Of a stretch of 64,000 nucleotides of DNA, positions 19,266 through 28,946 are shown one piece after another. The stretch is from Candidatus Eiseniibacteriota bacterium (lineage in GTDB: Bacteria > Orphanbacterota > Orphanbacteria > Orphanbacterales > Orphanbacteraceae): positions 1 to 64,000 of the forward strand of contig JBDROZ010000023.1 of NCBI GenBank assembly GCA_043809585.1, read 5' to 3'. How positions within the stretch are numbered: the first letter of the stretch is position 1; every line of letters begins with the position of its first letter. The translations under genes were made by a program, and so were the position numbers. The notes under the pieces were generated by a model. That model saw nothing but the letters and a program-made list of their open reading frames with translations, had not been told where the DNA came from and did no database searches.

Positions 19266-22200
19266 TCAAAGACCGCCTCGTTCCGCCCGGCCCTCCTCCT
19301 CCAGCATCTCGCCGAGGATCGGCTCGTCGCCGGCGAGGGACTCGAGGCGCCGGACGTTCACGGTCCGGACGCCGTACTGCTCCTCGATGGTCCCCTCCAC
19401 GGCGAAGGGACCGGCCCCCCGGGCCTCGGCGGCGTACCGCCGGAAGACCTTCGGGAAGAGGGTGCACTCCACGAGATCGTGCTCGTCCTCGAGGGTGAGA
19501 AAGAGCATGTTCTCCTTCCTCTTCGTGATCACCCGGCGCGACGCCGCCGCGACGCCGAGGAGCCGGATCTCCCCCCGCCCCCGCCGCCGGAGCTCCCCCG
19601 AATCGTGGAAGCCGTTCTTCTTCCCGTTCGTCCGGAGAAGGGCGACCGGGTGGGCCGAGACCGCCATCCCGAGGATCGCGAGTTCGTGGCGGAGCCGCTC
19701 TTCGAGGTCGAACTCCCGGAGCTTGGGCCGCGCCGGGTCCGCGTCGCCGTCGCCGTCGAACATCCCCGGCTCCCGCATCCACTCCTTCCGGCGTTCCTCG
19801 TAGGTTCCGTACAGCTCCCAGAGGAGCCCGGTCCTCGGCACGCCGAAGCCGTCGAAGGCGCCGACGAGCGCCAGGTTCTCCGCCTCCCGCCGGGGGGGGC
19901 GGACACGCCGCACGAAGTCGGCGAGAGAGCGGAAGGGGCGCCCGGCGTGGATCCTCTCCCGGACCGGCGCCGAGAGGTTCCGCACGAAGGAGAGGCCGAC
20001 CCGGACGCCGCCGCCGTCCAAGGAGAACTCCTCCTCCGAGCGGTTCACTGAGGGGAGCTTCACCTCGATGCCCCGGCGCCGCGCCTCCTCCAGGTGGACC
20101 CGGGTCGGGTACATCCCCTGGTGGTTATTGAGGAGCGCCACCACGTGCTCGGGCCCGTAGTGCGCCTTCAGGTACGCCGTCTGGTAGGCGAGCACGCCGT
20201 ACCCCGACGCGTGGGCCCGGCAGAAGGAGTACGACGAAAACCGGGCGAGGAGCGCCCAGATCTCCTTCGCCGCCTTCGGGTGCACGCCGCTCCCGATCGC
20301 CTGCGCGAGGAACCGGTCGGCCAGCTCCTTCATCGACGCCTCGTCCCGCGCTTTCCCGATCTTCCGGCGGAGGAGGTCCCCCTCCTCGAGAGAGATCCCC
20401 GCGATCCGGCTCGCCACGGCCATGACGTCCTCCTCGTAGAGCATGATGCCGAGGGTCTCGCCGAGGAGGTCCTCGAGGTCCGGGTGGGGATAGTCGACCG
20501 GCTCGAGGCCGTGGACCCGGCGGACGAACTTCTCCTTCATCCCCGACGACGCGGGCCCCGGCCGGATGAGGGAGTGGGCGGCGATGGTGCTCCCCATGTT
20601 CTTCGTGCCGATCATGCGAAGCAGATTCCGCATCCCCGGCGACTCGATCTGGAAGCAGCCGAGGGTCCGCCCCTCGCCGAGGAGGGCGGCGGTCTTCTCG
20701 TCGTCGTGGGGGATCGTCTCGATGTCGATCTCCTCGCCCCCCCGGTTCTCCTTCACGAGGCGGAGCGTCTCCCGGATCGTCGAGATCGCCCGGTTCCCGA
20801 GAAGATCGATCTTGACGAGTCCCGTCGCCTCCACGGCGTCCATCTCGTACTGGGTGACCACGATCCCCTTCGTCGCCTCCTCGAGAGGAACGCAGAGGTC
20901 GATCGGACGGTCGGCGATGACGATCCCCCCGCAGTGGATGCCGAGGTGCCTCGGGAAGCCGCGCATCTCTTCGGCGAAGCGGAGGATCGCCCGGTACGGC
21001 TCCTGGTCCCGGGGGTAGTCGGCGAGGAGGCGGGAGGTCCGGAAGACCTCTTCGAGGGGCCCATCCGTCTCCCGGGGGATCCGGCGGCTGATCCGGTTCA
21101 CCGTCTCTTGAGGGAGGCCGAAGGCGCGGGCCGTGTCGCGGAATGCCGATCGCGGGTGGCAGTGGTTGTGGGTCGAGATCATCGCCACCCGGTCTCTACC
21201 AAAAGTATCGTAGGCGTACTCGATCACCTCGTCCCGCCCCCGCCAGCAGAGGTCGACGTCGAGGTCGGGCCAATCGTCGCGGAGCGAATTCAGAAATCGC
21301 TCGAAGTAGAGGCGGTAGCGGATCGGGTCGACGCTCGTGATGCCGAGGACATACGCCACCAGGCTGCTCGCCCCCGACCCCCGCCCCACCACGGGGATTC
21401 CGCGGGAGCGGGCGAAGCGGACCAGATCCCCGACGACGAGGAAGTACTCGGGAAACGCCATCCGGTCGATCGTCTCCAGTTCGCGCTGGAGCCGCCGGGT
21501 CACCTCCGGCGTGATCGCCGTGCCGTACCGCCGCCGGAGCCCCTCCTGGGAGAGGCGGTGAAGCCACGAGTAGGGCGTCTCCCCTTCGGGGAGCGGGAAG
21601 CGGGGGAAGATGGTCGGGCCACCCGTCAGATCGAGCTCGCACGCCTCGGCGACGGCGATCGTGTTGGCGAGCGCCTCGGGCATCTCGGCGAAGAGCCGCG
21701 CCGCCTCCCCCGGGGGGCGAAGGTACCCCTTCGGGTCGGCAAGCTCTTCGGGGGGTACCTTTCCGACGACGCCGTTCACGCGGATCGCGGCGAGCACCTT
21801 CTGGAACGTCCCGTCCTCCGGCCCCCGGAGCGCTGTCGCCCCCCCTGCGACGACGCCGACGCCGAGCTTCCGGGCCGCGGCGCGGCGGCTTCGCACCTCC
21901 CGCGGGCCCGCCCACAGGGGGATCTCGATCCAGAGGGCGCCGGGCGAGGCGCGGGGGCGGAGCCTCCCGGCGAGGGCCGGATCTTCGCAGAGGAGGAAGA
22001 GCCCCTCGCCGTTCTCCTCCACCGCGGCGGCGAGGTCGAAGTTCTCGTCCATCATCCTCTTCGTGATCACCCGGCAGAGGTTCCCGTAGCCGGTCCGGTT
22101 CCGGGCGACGAGGACGAGCCTTTCCCCCTCCTTCCCGTCCACTTCGGCGGCGACGATCGTCTTCAGGCCGAACTCCCGGGCCGCCGTGTGGAAGAGGACC

Positions 22201-22346
22201 GTGCCGTACAGGTTGTTCCGGTCCGCGAGAGCCGCCGCCTCGAAGCCGGCCTCCCGGAGCCGCTCGGCGAGCCGGCGAATCGGCGACGTCCCCCGGAGGA
22301 GCGAGTAATTACTTTGTAAGTGAAGGGGTGCGTAGCACGAAACCAT
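19266..22346 (-). CDS. dnaE2: DNA polymerase III alpha subunit, error-prone DnaE2-like
   Basis: PHP domain, GRGSGASS, PDLDVD, KIDLLG and OB-fold FLTLED; overlaps the dinB stop. Confidence 0.85.
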   Translation of the reverse strand: MVSCYAPLHLQSNYSLLRGTSPIRRLAERLREAGFEAAALADRNNLYGTVLFHTAAREFGLKTIVAAEVDGKEGERLVLVARNRTGYGNLCRVITKRMMDENFDLAAAVEENGEGLFLLCEDPALAGRLRPRASPGALWIEIPLWAGPREVRSRRAAARKLGVGVVAGGATALRGPEDGTFQKVLAAIRVNGVVGKVPPEELADPKGYLRPPGEAARLFAEMPEALANTIAVAEACELDLTGGPTIFPRFPLPEGETPYSWLHRLSQEGLRRRYGTAITPEVTRRLQRELETIDRMAFPEYFLVVGDLVRFARSRGIPVVGRGSGASSLVAYVLGITSVDPIRYRLYFERFLNSLRDDWPDLDVDLCWRGRDEVIEYAYDTFGRDRVAMISTHNHCHPRSAFRDTARAFGLPQETVNRISRRIPRETDGPLEEVFRTSRLLADYPRDQEPYRAILRFAEEMRGFPRHLGIHCGGIVIADRPIDLCVPLEEATKGIVVTQYEMDAVEATGLVKIDLLGNRAISTIRETLRLVKENRGGEEIDIETIPHDDEKTAALLGEGRTLGCFQIESPGMRNLLRMIGTKNMGSTIAAHSLIRPGPASSGMKEKFVRRVHGLEPVDYPHPDLEDLLGETLGIMLYEEDVMAVASRIAGISLEEGDLLRRKIGKARDEASMKELADRFLAQAIGSGVHPKAAKEIWALLARFSSYSFCRAHASGYGVLAYQTAYLKAHYGPEHVVALLNNHQGMYPTRVHLEEARRRGIEVKLPSVNRSEEEFSLDGGGVRVGLSFVRNLSAPVRERIHAGRPFRSLADFVRRVRPPRREAENLALVGAFDGFGVPRTGLLWELYGTYEERRKEWMREPGMFDGDGDADPARPKLREFDLEERLRHELAILGMAVSAHPVALLRTNGKKNGFHDSGELRRRGRGEIRLLGVAAASRRVITKRKENMLFLTLEDEHDLVECTLFPKVFRRYAAEARGAGPFAVEGTIEEQYGVRTVNVRRLESLAGDEPILGEMLEEEGRAERGGL

Positions 22347-23973
22347 CGCCCGTCCGCTCCAGCTTGTCCGTGAGGTCGAAGCTCTTCCCCGCCACCACCG
22401 ACGAGAACCCGAACCGGTCCCGCACCTCGTCGAGGGCCCGGGAGATCGACTCGGCCCGCCCGGCCTCTTCTTCTTCGTACAGGTCGGTCTGCCGCGCCGA
22501 CCGGGGCGCGATGTTCGTCAGCGTCACGCCGGCGAGATGGAGCGCCTCCCGGCGCGTGTAGATCCGGTCCAAGAGACGGAGCGCCATCCGGAGGACCGGC
22601 GGGTGGAGGCCGGTCGGCTTCGGGAGGGAGCGGGAGATCGACTCCGACCCGCCTCCGGCGTAGCGGATCCGGACGTGGACCGTCCGCGCCTCGAGGCTGA
22701 GGGAACGCACCGCTCGGGCCGCCCGCTCGCTGAGATAGAAGAGCATCCCCTCGATCTCCCGCCGGTCCGACGTGTCGGCATGGAAGCTGGTCTCCCGGGA
22801 GACGGAGCGGGGGATCTCCCGCTCCTCCACCGCCGCCGTGTCCTCCCCCCGGCAGCGCCGGTGGAGGATCTCGCCGTGGCTTCCGAAGAGCTTCACGAGC
22901 TGCTCCGGCGTGAAGGTCCGGAGCTCGCCGATGGTCCGGACGCCGAGCCGCGCCAGCACCGCGCCGTACCGGTGGCCGACGCCGGGGAGGTCCCCCACGG
23001 GAAGCCCCGTGAGCACCCCGAACTCCTCCCCCGGCCGGATGAAGCCGAGGCCGTCCGGTTTCGCCCGCTTCCCCGCCATCTTGGCGATCATCCGGCTCGA
23101 ACCGACGCCGACCGTGACCGGAAGGCCGGTCTCCCCCCGCACCCGCTCCCGGAGCGCCCGACCCACCTCGAGCGGATGCCCGTGGAGGCGCTCCGTCCCC
23201 GTCAATTCCACGTACGCCTCGTCGAGGAAGGTCTCGACGTTCGGCGAGACGTCCCGGCAGAAGCGGAAGATGAGGGCCGCGAGGGCCCGGTAGGTCGGAT
23301 ACGACCCGTCGAGAATCACCAGGCCGGGACAGACCCGGGACGCCCGGGAGAGGGGCATTCCGTTGTAGAGGCCCCGCCGCCGGGCCTCGTAGGAGCAGCT
23401 CGCGATGACGCCGTTCCCGATCGCCACGGGACGGCCCCGGAGGGCCGGGTTCCTCGCCTGCTCGACGGAGGCGAAGAAGGCGTCGAAATCCACGTGCATC
23501 ACTGTGGGTCGGGGGTTCGGGCCCCCTCCTACTGCGGCCCCGGCGCGCGGGCTACGACACCTCCCTTCCGTCGCCGCTTGCTCGACGGGACTTGCGGCCC
23601 CGTCTCCGCGAGCGGCTCGTCCAGGTCGGCGTCTCGCCTCCCGCGCCGGATCCTCGTCACGGAGTGGACCCGAACCCCCGACCCAGGGGTCGGAAGGAAT
23701 CGGGAAACCCCGGTTTTTCACCACACTCCCCGGAGCCTCGTCGCGAAACCGATCCGAATCCCCGACCCAGGGGTCGGAAACGGAAGGAGAACCGGAGACC
23801 GCCTCCCGCGCCGAACCCTCGTCACGGAGTGGACCCGAACCCCCGACCCAGGGGTCGGAAATGGAAGAAGAACCGGAGACCGCCTCCCGCGCCGAATCCT
23901 CGTCACGAAAGCGACCCGAATTCCCGACCGAAGGACCGGAAGGGGGCAAGAACCCGCACTCCCCATGCACCAT
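22309..23973 (-). CDS. dinB: DNA polymerase IV with a repeat-containing N-terminal extension
   Basis: HVDFDAFFASVE, SYEAR, LDEAY and KPDG motifs; ATG 23973 follows GAGGAGG; core domain starts near 23499. Confidence 0.85.
   Translation of the reverse strand: MVHGECGFLPPSGPSVGNSGRFRDEDSAREAVSGSSSISDPWVGGSGPLRDEGSAREAVSGSPSVSDPWVGDSDRFRDEAPGSVVKNRGFPIPSDPWVGGSGPLRDEDPAREARRRPGRAARGDGAASPVEQAATEGRCRSPRAGAAVGGGPNPRPTVMHVDFDAFFASVEQARNPALRGRPVAIGNGVIASCSYEARRRGLYNGMPLSRASRVCPGLVILDGSYPTYRALAALIFRFCRDVSPNVETFLDEAYVELTGTERLHGHPLEVGRALRERVRGETGLPVTVGVGSSRMIAKMAGKRAKPDGLGFIRPGEEFGVLTGLPVGDLPGVGHRYGAVLARLGVRTIGELRTFTPEQLVKLFGSHGEILHRRCRGEDTAAVEEREIPRSVSRETSFHADTSDRREIEGMLFYLSERAARAVRSLSLEARTVHVRIRYAGGGSESISRSLPKPTGLHPPVLRMALRLLDRIYTRREALHLAGVTLTNIAPRSARQTDLYEEEEAGRAESISRALDEVRDRFGFSSVVAGKSFDLTDKLERTGDGFVLRTPSLTK
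23635..23940. repeat. About four imperfect ~78-bp tandem repeats in the dinB 5' region
   Basis: Recurring CCCCGACCCAGGGGTCGGAA and CGCCTCCCGCGCCG; encodes SDPWVG.S...RDE. Confidence 0.8.
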
Positions 23974-24019
23974 CCCATCCTCCTCCCCCCCACCGAGGTG
24001 GGAAACCGACCGCACCCCC

Positions 24020-24048
24020 AAGATACCCGACATTTGTCTAGTAGTCAA
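24020..24048 (-). promoter_or_regulatory. sigma70 promoter TTGACT-N17-TATCTT with operator CTAGACAAATGTCGGG
   Basis: Near-consensus boxes and spacing; operator shared with 46573-46588. Confidence 0.75.
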
Positions 24049-24401
24049 GAAGGAAAAGGAGAAGAGAACGTAATGGATGTAACCTACTCGGTTCTAGTGG
24101 ATTGGGGGAACAGCAGGGCGACAGTTCAAGAACGGACAGGATGGACTCCTAAATTAATGTTGACTCAATGCTTCCTCTCAGGCAATTATCAAGGCTCTTA
24201 CGGTAGTTCTCCCAGCGATCAAGGCCTACCGGTAAGAGTGGTTGTTCGTTCCTTATCATCACCGGACGGGAGAGGGGCGACACCGCGAGAACGATCCCGA
24301 TCAGGAGGAATTGGCGCAAGATCGCCCCCCCACCTCCGGGTCACATCGCGGATCGGATCCGCGGCCCCACCCCGCTTCCTCCAAACGCAAGGAGTTCTCA
24401 C

Positions 24402-25025
24402 ATGCAGAAATGGCTCAAGTTTTCGGCGGTCATCGCCTGCCTCGTCGTCACCGCCGGCATCGCGTCGGCCGACAACGTCGACAACATGGGCATCGGGCAA
24501 ATCGACCGTCCCGAGGGAGTCCCGGGCTTCGCCCTGATCACCGAGTACACCGATTACGCGACCTGGCTCGCGGCGATCACCTGCGTGCCCGCCGAGAACC
24601 GTTATGCGGAGCTCGGAAACGGCGTCATCGTGACCAACCAGTACAACGGCGTCGGCGCGACCTACACCGACGGGAACGACGTGACGTACGCCTACGGCTC
24701 CTCGACGGACGGAATGATTCTGGACGGCGTCGGCCGCATCAACATCTCGTTCTCCGTTCCGGTCTGCGTGATCGGCGTCAACTTCCCCGGCGCCCTCCGG
24801 ATCGTCGGTTACAGCGGCATGACCGTTGTTTTCACGAGCAGTGACTTCGCGGGTAGCGGCACCGGCTTCTTCGGCGGCGTGATCTCCGATACGCCCTTCG
24901 ACCGGGTCGAGCTGATCGATTGGGTCGACGACTTCGTTTACATCGACGACGTCTTCTACTGCTGCGACGGCGGGACCGGCACCGAGGAGTCGAGCTGGGG
25001 TTCGGTGAAGAACCTCTTCCGGTAG
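24402..25025 (+). CDS. Secreted protein with C-terminal SSWGSVKNLFR motif
   Basis: AAGGAG RBS; signal peptide; followed by a terminator. Confidence 0.8.
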   Translation: MQKWLKFSAVIACLVVTAGIASADNVDNMGIGQIDRPEGVPGFALITEYTDYATWLAAITCVPAENRYAELGNGVIVTNQYNGVGATYTDGNDVTYAYGSSTDGMILDGVGRINISFSVPVCVIGVNFPGALRIVGYSGMTVVFTSSDFAGSGTGFFGGVISDTPFDRVELIDWVDDFVYIDDVFYCCDGGTGTEESSWGSVKNLFR

Positions 25026-25047
25026 TCTCTGGGTATTGCACTCATCG

Positions 25048-25078
25048 AAAGGGCCGCCCTCCGGGGCGGCCCTTTTCT
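25048..25078 (+). terminator. Intrinsic terminator, possibly bidirectional
   Basis: aaagggccgccc-tccg-gggcggcccttttc. Confidence 0.8.
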
Positions 25079-25169
25079 GTCGAAACCTCTCCGCGTTGCC
25101 CATCCGAGCCTATGAGCTTCGGAGTGAGCGGGTGACATCAACGATGGACGACCACCGGGAACACGGGGG

Positions 25170-26450
25170 CTACCTCACCAGCACGGTCTTCACCGTCTCC
25201 GATGCCGCACCGCTTCCGACCCGAACAAGATAGACACCACTCGGGAGGTCTCCCGCGTTCCAGATGATCGCGTGTCGCTCGCCGTCGCCGGGGGCGTCGA
25301 AGAGGACCGCGATCTCCCTCCCCCGGAGGTCGTGGACGGTTACCGTTACCCGCCCGTCACCCGGAGCGAAGAACCGGAGTTCCGTGGATGGGTTGAACGG
25401 ATTCGGACACGCGAGAAGGGTTCGAACGGCGGGCGGCGCGCTCTCCCCCCCGCCCGGCAGGCCCGTGTCCGACACGCCCTCATAGAGCCGGACCTTGCCG
25501 TCGCCGGCGCCGACCAGGAGATCGAGATAGTCGTCTTCGCCCCACGCGCAGACAAACGGCCGGGACCGGGCGGAGCCGGCGAGGTCGATCGAACTTCCGC
25601 CGGATTCCTCGAAGATGTAGCCGGAGAAGAGCGGCGCGTCGTCGGTGCCCACGTTCGAGTAGACCAGGATCTGCCCCTCCGTGTTTCCGGTGAGGAGGTC
25701 CCTCACGCCGTCGCCGTCCCAGTCGGCGAACTCGGGGCTCGACCGGGCGGTGGGGACAAGCAGATCGAGGCCGTCTTCGATCGCGAACGTCTCGATCCGG
25801 AAGACCGGAAGGGTGTCCTCTCCTTCGTTCAGAAAGAGGTGGATCTTGCCGTCATAAGCCCCCACGACCAGGTCCTGTTTTCCGTCGAGGTTCCAGTCCG
25901 TCACGATGGGCGTCGCGCGGTTGCCGACGTCGATGTTCACCTCGCTTCCCGGCTCACCCACCCGGATCGGCGTGCCTCCGTCGAATGTGGGCGACGGGTC
26001 GGTGCCGATGTTCTTGTAGATCCAGACGGTCCCGTCGGAGCGGCCGATGACGAGGTCCTTCTTCCCGTCGCCATCCCAGTGGACGACCCTTGGGAAACAG
26101 CCCATGCACCCACTACCGGGACAGATCAAATCCTCCCCATCCGACTGAACGTAGAACCAGCCGTCGAAGAGGGGTTCCGAGAGGGTGCCGACGTTCGGGT
26201 AGACCCGGACTTTCCCGTCGGGATACGCCCCGCCCCCCTCTCCGACCAGAAGATCGGGGAGGGCGTCGCCGTCCCAAAACGCGAAGGAGGGGACCGAGTA
26301 GCCGGGGACGGCGATTTCGACGCCGCCCGCGCTTATGGTCTCCTCCGGTCCATGGGCGGTACCGGCGAAGGCGGCCGCGGGGGAGACGACGATAACGAGA
26401 AGCACCAGGGTCGCGGGGAAGGGGATGGACCGGGGGGAGGGCGTCTTCAT
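25170..26450 (-). CDS. FG-GAP/VCBS repeat protein with FlgD/T9SS-like C-terminal domain
   Basis: WDGDGxxDLxxG repeats; PNPFNPST...HDLRGREI...LPSGVYLVR; GAGGAG RBS. Confidence 0.85.
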   Translation of the reverse strand: MKTPSPRSIPFPATLVLLVIVVSPAAAFAGTAHGPEETISAGGVEIAVPGYSVPSFAFWDGDALPDLLVGEGGGAYPDGKVRVYPNVGTLSEPLFDGWFYVQSDGEDLICPGSGCMGCFPRVVHWDGDGKKDLVIGRSDGTVWIYKNIGTDPSPTFDGGTPIRVGEPGSEVNIDVGNRATPIVTDWNLDGKQDLVVGAYDGKIHLFLNEGEDTLPVFRIETFAIEDGLDLLVPTARSSPEFADWDGDGVRDLLTGNTEGQILVYSNVGTDDAPLFSGYIFEESGGSSIDLAGSARSRPFVCAWGEDDYLDLLVGAGDGKVRLYEGVSDTGLPGGGESAPPAVRTLLACPNPFNPSTELRFFAPGDGRVTVTVHDLRGREIAVLFDAPGDGERHAIIWNAGDLPSGVYLVRVGSGAASETVKTVLVR

Positions 26451-26650
26451 GGGTCTCCTCCGTGCGCAAGGTTTCCATGGCCGGCGGCGGCATTGGCATC
26501 GAGCGTCCGGAAAGCGCCGATTCCACACTTGCAGTATAGCCGAAGAGTGGTTTCGGTGACAGGCTACTGGATAGGATCCGAACGAACTGAGGATTCGTAT
26601 CGAAGCCTGTCGAAGGACGAGGGGGGAAGGGACAGTCACAATCTTCTGTG

Positions 26651-26905
26651 CGCGGCGGGAAGGCGGACCGGCATCGGGGGGGACCGGGGCATAGACGGGG
26701 AGCTGTTGGCGGTCCGCGCAACGCTACCCGTACGAGCCCGGAGGGCTGTAGGCATCATCCTCCGCGCTTCCGCGCTCCGGATGCTTCCTCGCCCACCCAC
26801 CTCCGCCTGCGGCTCCGGTGGGTACCCGGGCTCGGTCGCCGCAGCACGACGAGCGTTCCAGCCTGCCCCGATCCCCTCCCTCCTCCGATCCGCCTCCCCG
26901 CCACG
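26651..26905 (+). repeat. Structured repeat family, copy C (expanded internal arm)
   Basis: GGGGCATA...CGCAGCACGACGAGCGTTC...TGCCCC with paired ends. Confidence 0.75.
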
Positions 26906-26917
26906 GCCCAAATCCCT

Positions 26918-26947
26918 TTGACACGAATGTTTCGCAAGGCTTATACT
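26918..26947 (+). promoter_or_regulatory. sigma70-like promoter TTGACA-N18-TATACT upstream of the intI remnant
   Basis: Consensus -35 and near-consensus -10. Confidence 0.65.
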
Positions 26948-26982
26948 TTGCCGAAGTTCGGCATCGGGTGGGGGGAGCTGAG

Positions 26983-27363
26983 ATGATCGCGACCTCTTCG
27001 ACAGTAACCGCTTACCCGACCCCACCCTACCCAGGGCTCCCGCCGACCTCCTTCGTCCGTAAAGATCGATCTCCCTTCCCCAGACCCCGCCTTCTTGATG
27101 GGGTCCGCGACGCGATCCGTGCGCGTCACCATAGTCCGCGAACGGAAGAGGCGTACATCGGGGCAACTTGTCATAGATTCCGGCACTCCTTCGCGACTCC
27201 TCTGCTGGAAGCTGGATATGATACCCGTATGATCCAAGAGCTGCTCGGGCATCGAGATGGGAGCATAGCCATGACCTACACGCACATCCTCGACAGGGGT
27301 GGCCGCGGAGTGCGCAGCCTTTGGATCGGTAAGAAGGATGCGGGGCTATGCAGAACTCTCTAA
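26983..27363 (+). pseudogene. intI: Integron integrase remnant with a large in-frame internal deletion
   Basis: N-terminal [23 protein letters not shown] joined at ~27162 to C-terminal [28 protein letters not shown]...YTH...GVRS. Confidence 0.9.
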
Positions 27364-27519
27364 TCGGCGACTATGCGGCGATTCATCGCAGCCCAGCTCC
27401 GAACAAGGTTCGACGGCACTGGCATATCCAGTTCGCCGACAAGGGACTGCGCCGCCGATGCGACAAGCGTGTTGGATGCTATGCGGCGGAGCTGGCCATT
27501 TCATGGGGAGTAGAGAGAA

Positions 27520-27541
27520 CTGTCTAATGGTAGTTAAACGC
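27520..27541 (+). other. Candidate attI crossover core (GTTAAAC, 27533-27539)
   Basis: GTTAAACGC is complementary to GCGTTTAAC at the end of cassette 1. Confidence 0.6.
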
Positions 27542-27562
27542 ATTTGAACGGGAGTCGTGCTC

Positions 27563-28408
27563 ATGGATAGTATGACACAGACAGAGATGGTGGGCCGTCC
27601 CCGTAGGCTCTATCAGCGACCAGCATTGGCGATTGCCGTCCTTCTTATACTGTATGTCCTGACTGAAGCGATCTCGGAGTCTTTGGCGCGCTCAATCATC
27701 GGGAACAGTGAGGGCGCGGGAGTCTTTGTCAAACTGGGCTTCTTCTCGTTGCTTGTTTTCCTAGTTGTACCGCGGTTGCTGAAGCTCCCGCGAGGAGACA
27801 TTTCATTCAGCCAGTACTTCCAGGTCGTAGGCTTGACAACCGGGGTCCCCCTCGGCCGAATCCTCATTCTGGCACTCTCCTGCTATGTCATCTTCGCAGC
27901 TAGCCAGCTTATTGGTTCGCTGATTTACTACTCAACGCACCCCGGGGGATATGCGCTCGACATTAGTAGACACAGTCTTCTTAGCACGAGATCAATAATC
28001 GCTGGCATATTCGAAGAGATAGTGATGAGGGGTGTGATTGTCACTCTCCTGCTGGGAGTATTCTCCAGGTTGAAGGCAGTGGTCGTCTCGGCAGCTATAT
28101 TCGCTGGCCTCCATTTGCTGAACATGCTGAATCCCGAGTCTAGCACGGTGTGGGTACTGGCCCAGGCGATGTGGGCATTTGGCTTGGGGGTAATGTACGC
28201 GTACCTGTTCATCACCACTCGTACGATACTGCCCCTCATACTGATACACTATCTTCTGAATGGGACCGTTAGTATCTGGTTCCGAGGACTCGACGGGCAG
28301 GACTTGACATCGGCTCTGTTTGGGATACCGTTCTTCGGCCTGCTCCCGGCCGGCATAGCCATACTGTGGGGGCGCTACCTGTGGAGACGGTACGAGACCG
28401 TCAGTTAG
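27563..28408 (+). CDS. Cassette 1: CPBP (CAAX/Abi) intramembrane protease
   Basis: FEEIVMRG, FAGLH and a third His motif. Confidence 0.85.
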   Translation: MDSMTQTEMVGRPRRLYQRPALAIAVLLILYVLTEAISESLARSIIGNSEGAGVFVKLGFFSLLVFLVVPRLLKLPRGDISFSQYFQVVGLTTGVPLGRILILALSCYVIFAASQLIGSLIYYSTHPGGYALDISRHSLLSTRSIIAGIFEEIVMRGVIVTLLLGVFSRLKAVVVSAAIFAGLHLLNMLNPESSTVWVLAQAMWAFGLGVMYAYLFITTRTILPLILIHYLLNGTVSIWFRGLDGQDLTSALFGIPFFGLLPAGIAILWGRYLWRRYETVS

Positions 28409-28427
28409 GCATCACTACGAGGCTAGC

Positions 28428-28525
28428 GTTTAACTGTAGCGTGAACCTGACGGATCGCCCCTGTCACACCCCGTGCACAGCACGGCGGGCGCCAGGGCCG
28501 CCCGCAGGTTACGCAAACGTTAGGC
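28428..28525 (+). other. attC site 1
   Basis: GTTTAAC...GTTAGGC with imperfect internal palindrome. Confidence 0.85.
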
Positions 28526-28547
28526 CACGCAAATGAGGAGCATCTGG

Positions 28548-28835
28548 ATGTCACTGCCTGAGTACGCCATCGAGATAGAGGTGGTCGAAGCAGGACCGTG
28601 CGTCGCTCACAAGGTGGGGGAGAAGTTCGCTTATCCTGATGAGGTCGGCAGCCTCTGTCCTTGGCTGCTAGACAGCCTCAGCGGGATTGTGCGTGTGCTT
28701 GAGCACGCTGGCACGCCATAAGAGAAGCAGCTCAACCCAGACGGCGTGACGACTGAGTACGTCCGCTGTCCCGATCCGACGTCGGCTGGCATCGTCGTGA
28801 AGATCACACGGACGAGGTTGGCTGATGAGGACTGA
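28548..28835 (+). pseudogene. Cassette 2: TIGR04076-like small Cys protein with in-frame TAA (28719-28721)
   Basis: C...LCPW before the stop; frame continues EKQLNPDGVTTEYVRCPDP...IVVKITR. Confidence 0.65.
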
Positions 28836-28850
28836 GGCACGACTGGGGAG

Positions 28851-28919
28851 GCCTAATGCCGCGCCTAAGCTGCCGCCGCAGCGAAGCGGAGGCGGACGGC
28901 TCGAGGCGCGGCGTTAGGC
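28851..28919 (+). other. attC site 2
   Basis: GCCTAAT...GTTAGGC palindromic element. Confidence 0.75.
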
Positions 28920-28946
28920 CAAAGGACGGAGTGTGGAGGTGATTGG

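Noticed and set aside
23635-23940. CRISPR array
   Set aside because: The intervening sequences resemble each other, the units keep the reading frame, and no cas genes are present; it is a tandem repeat
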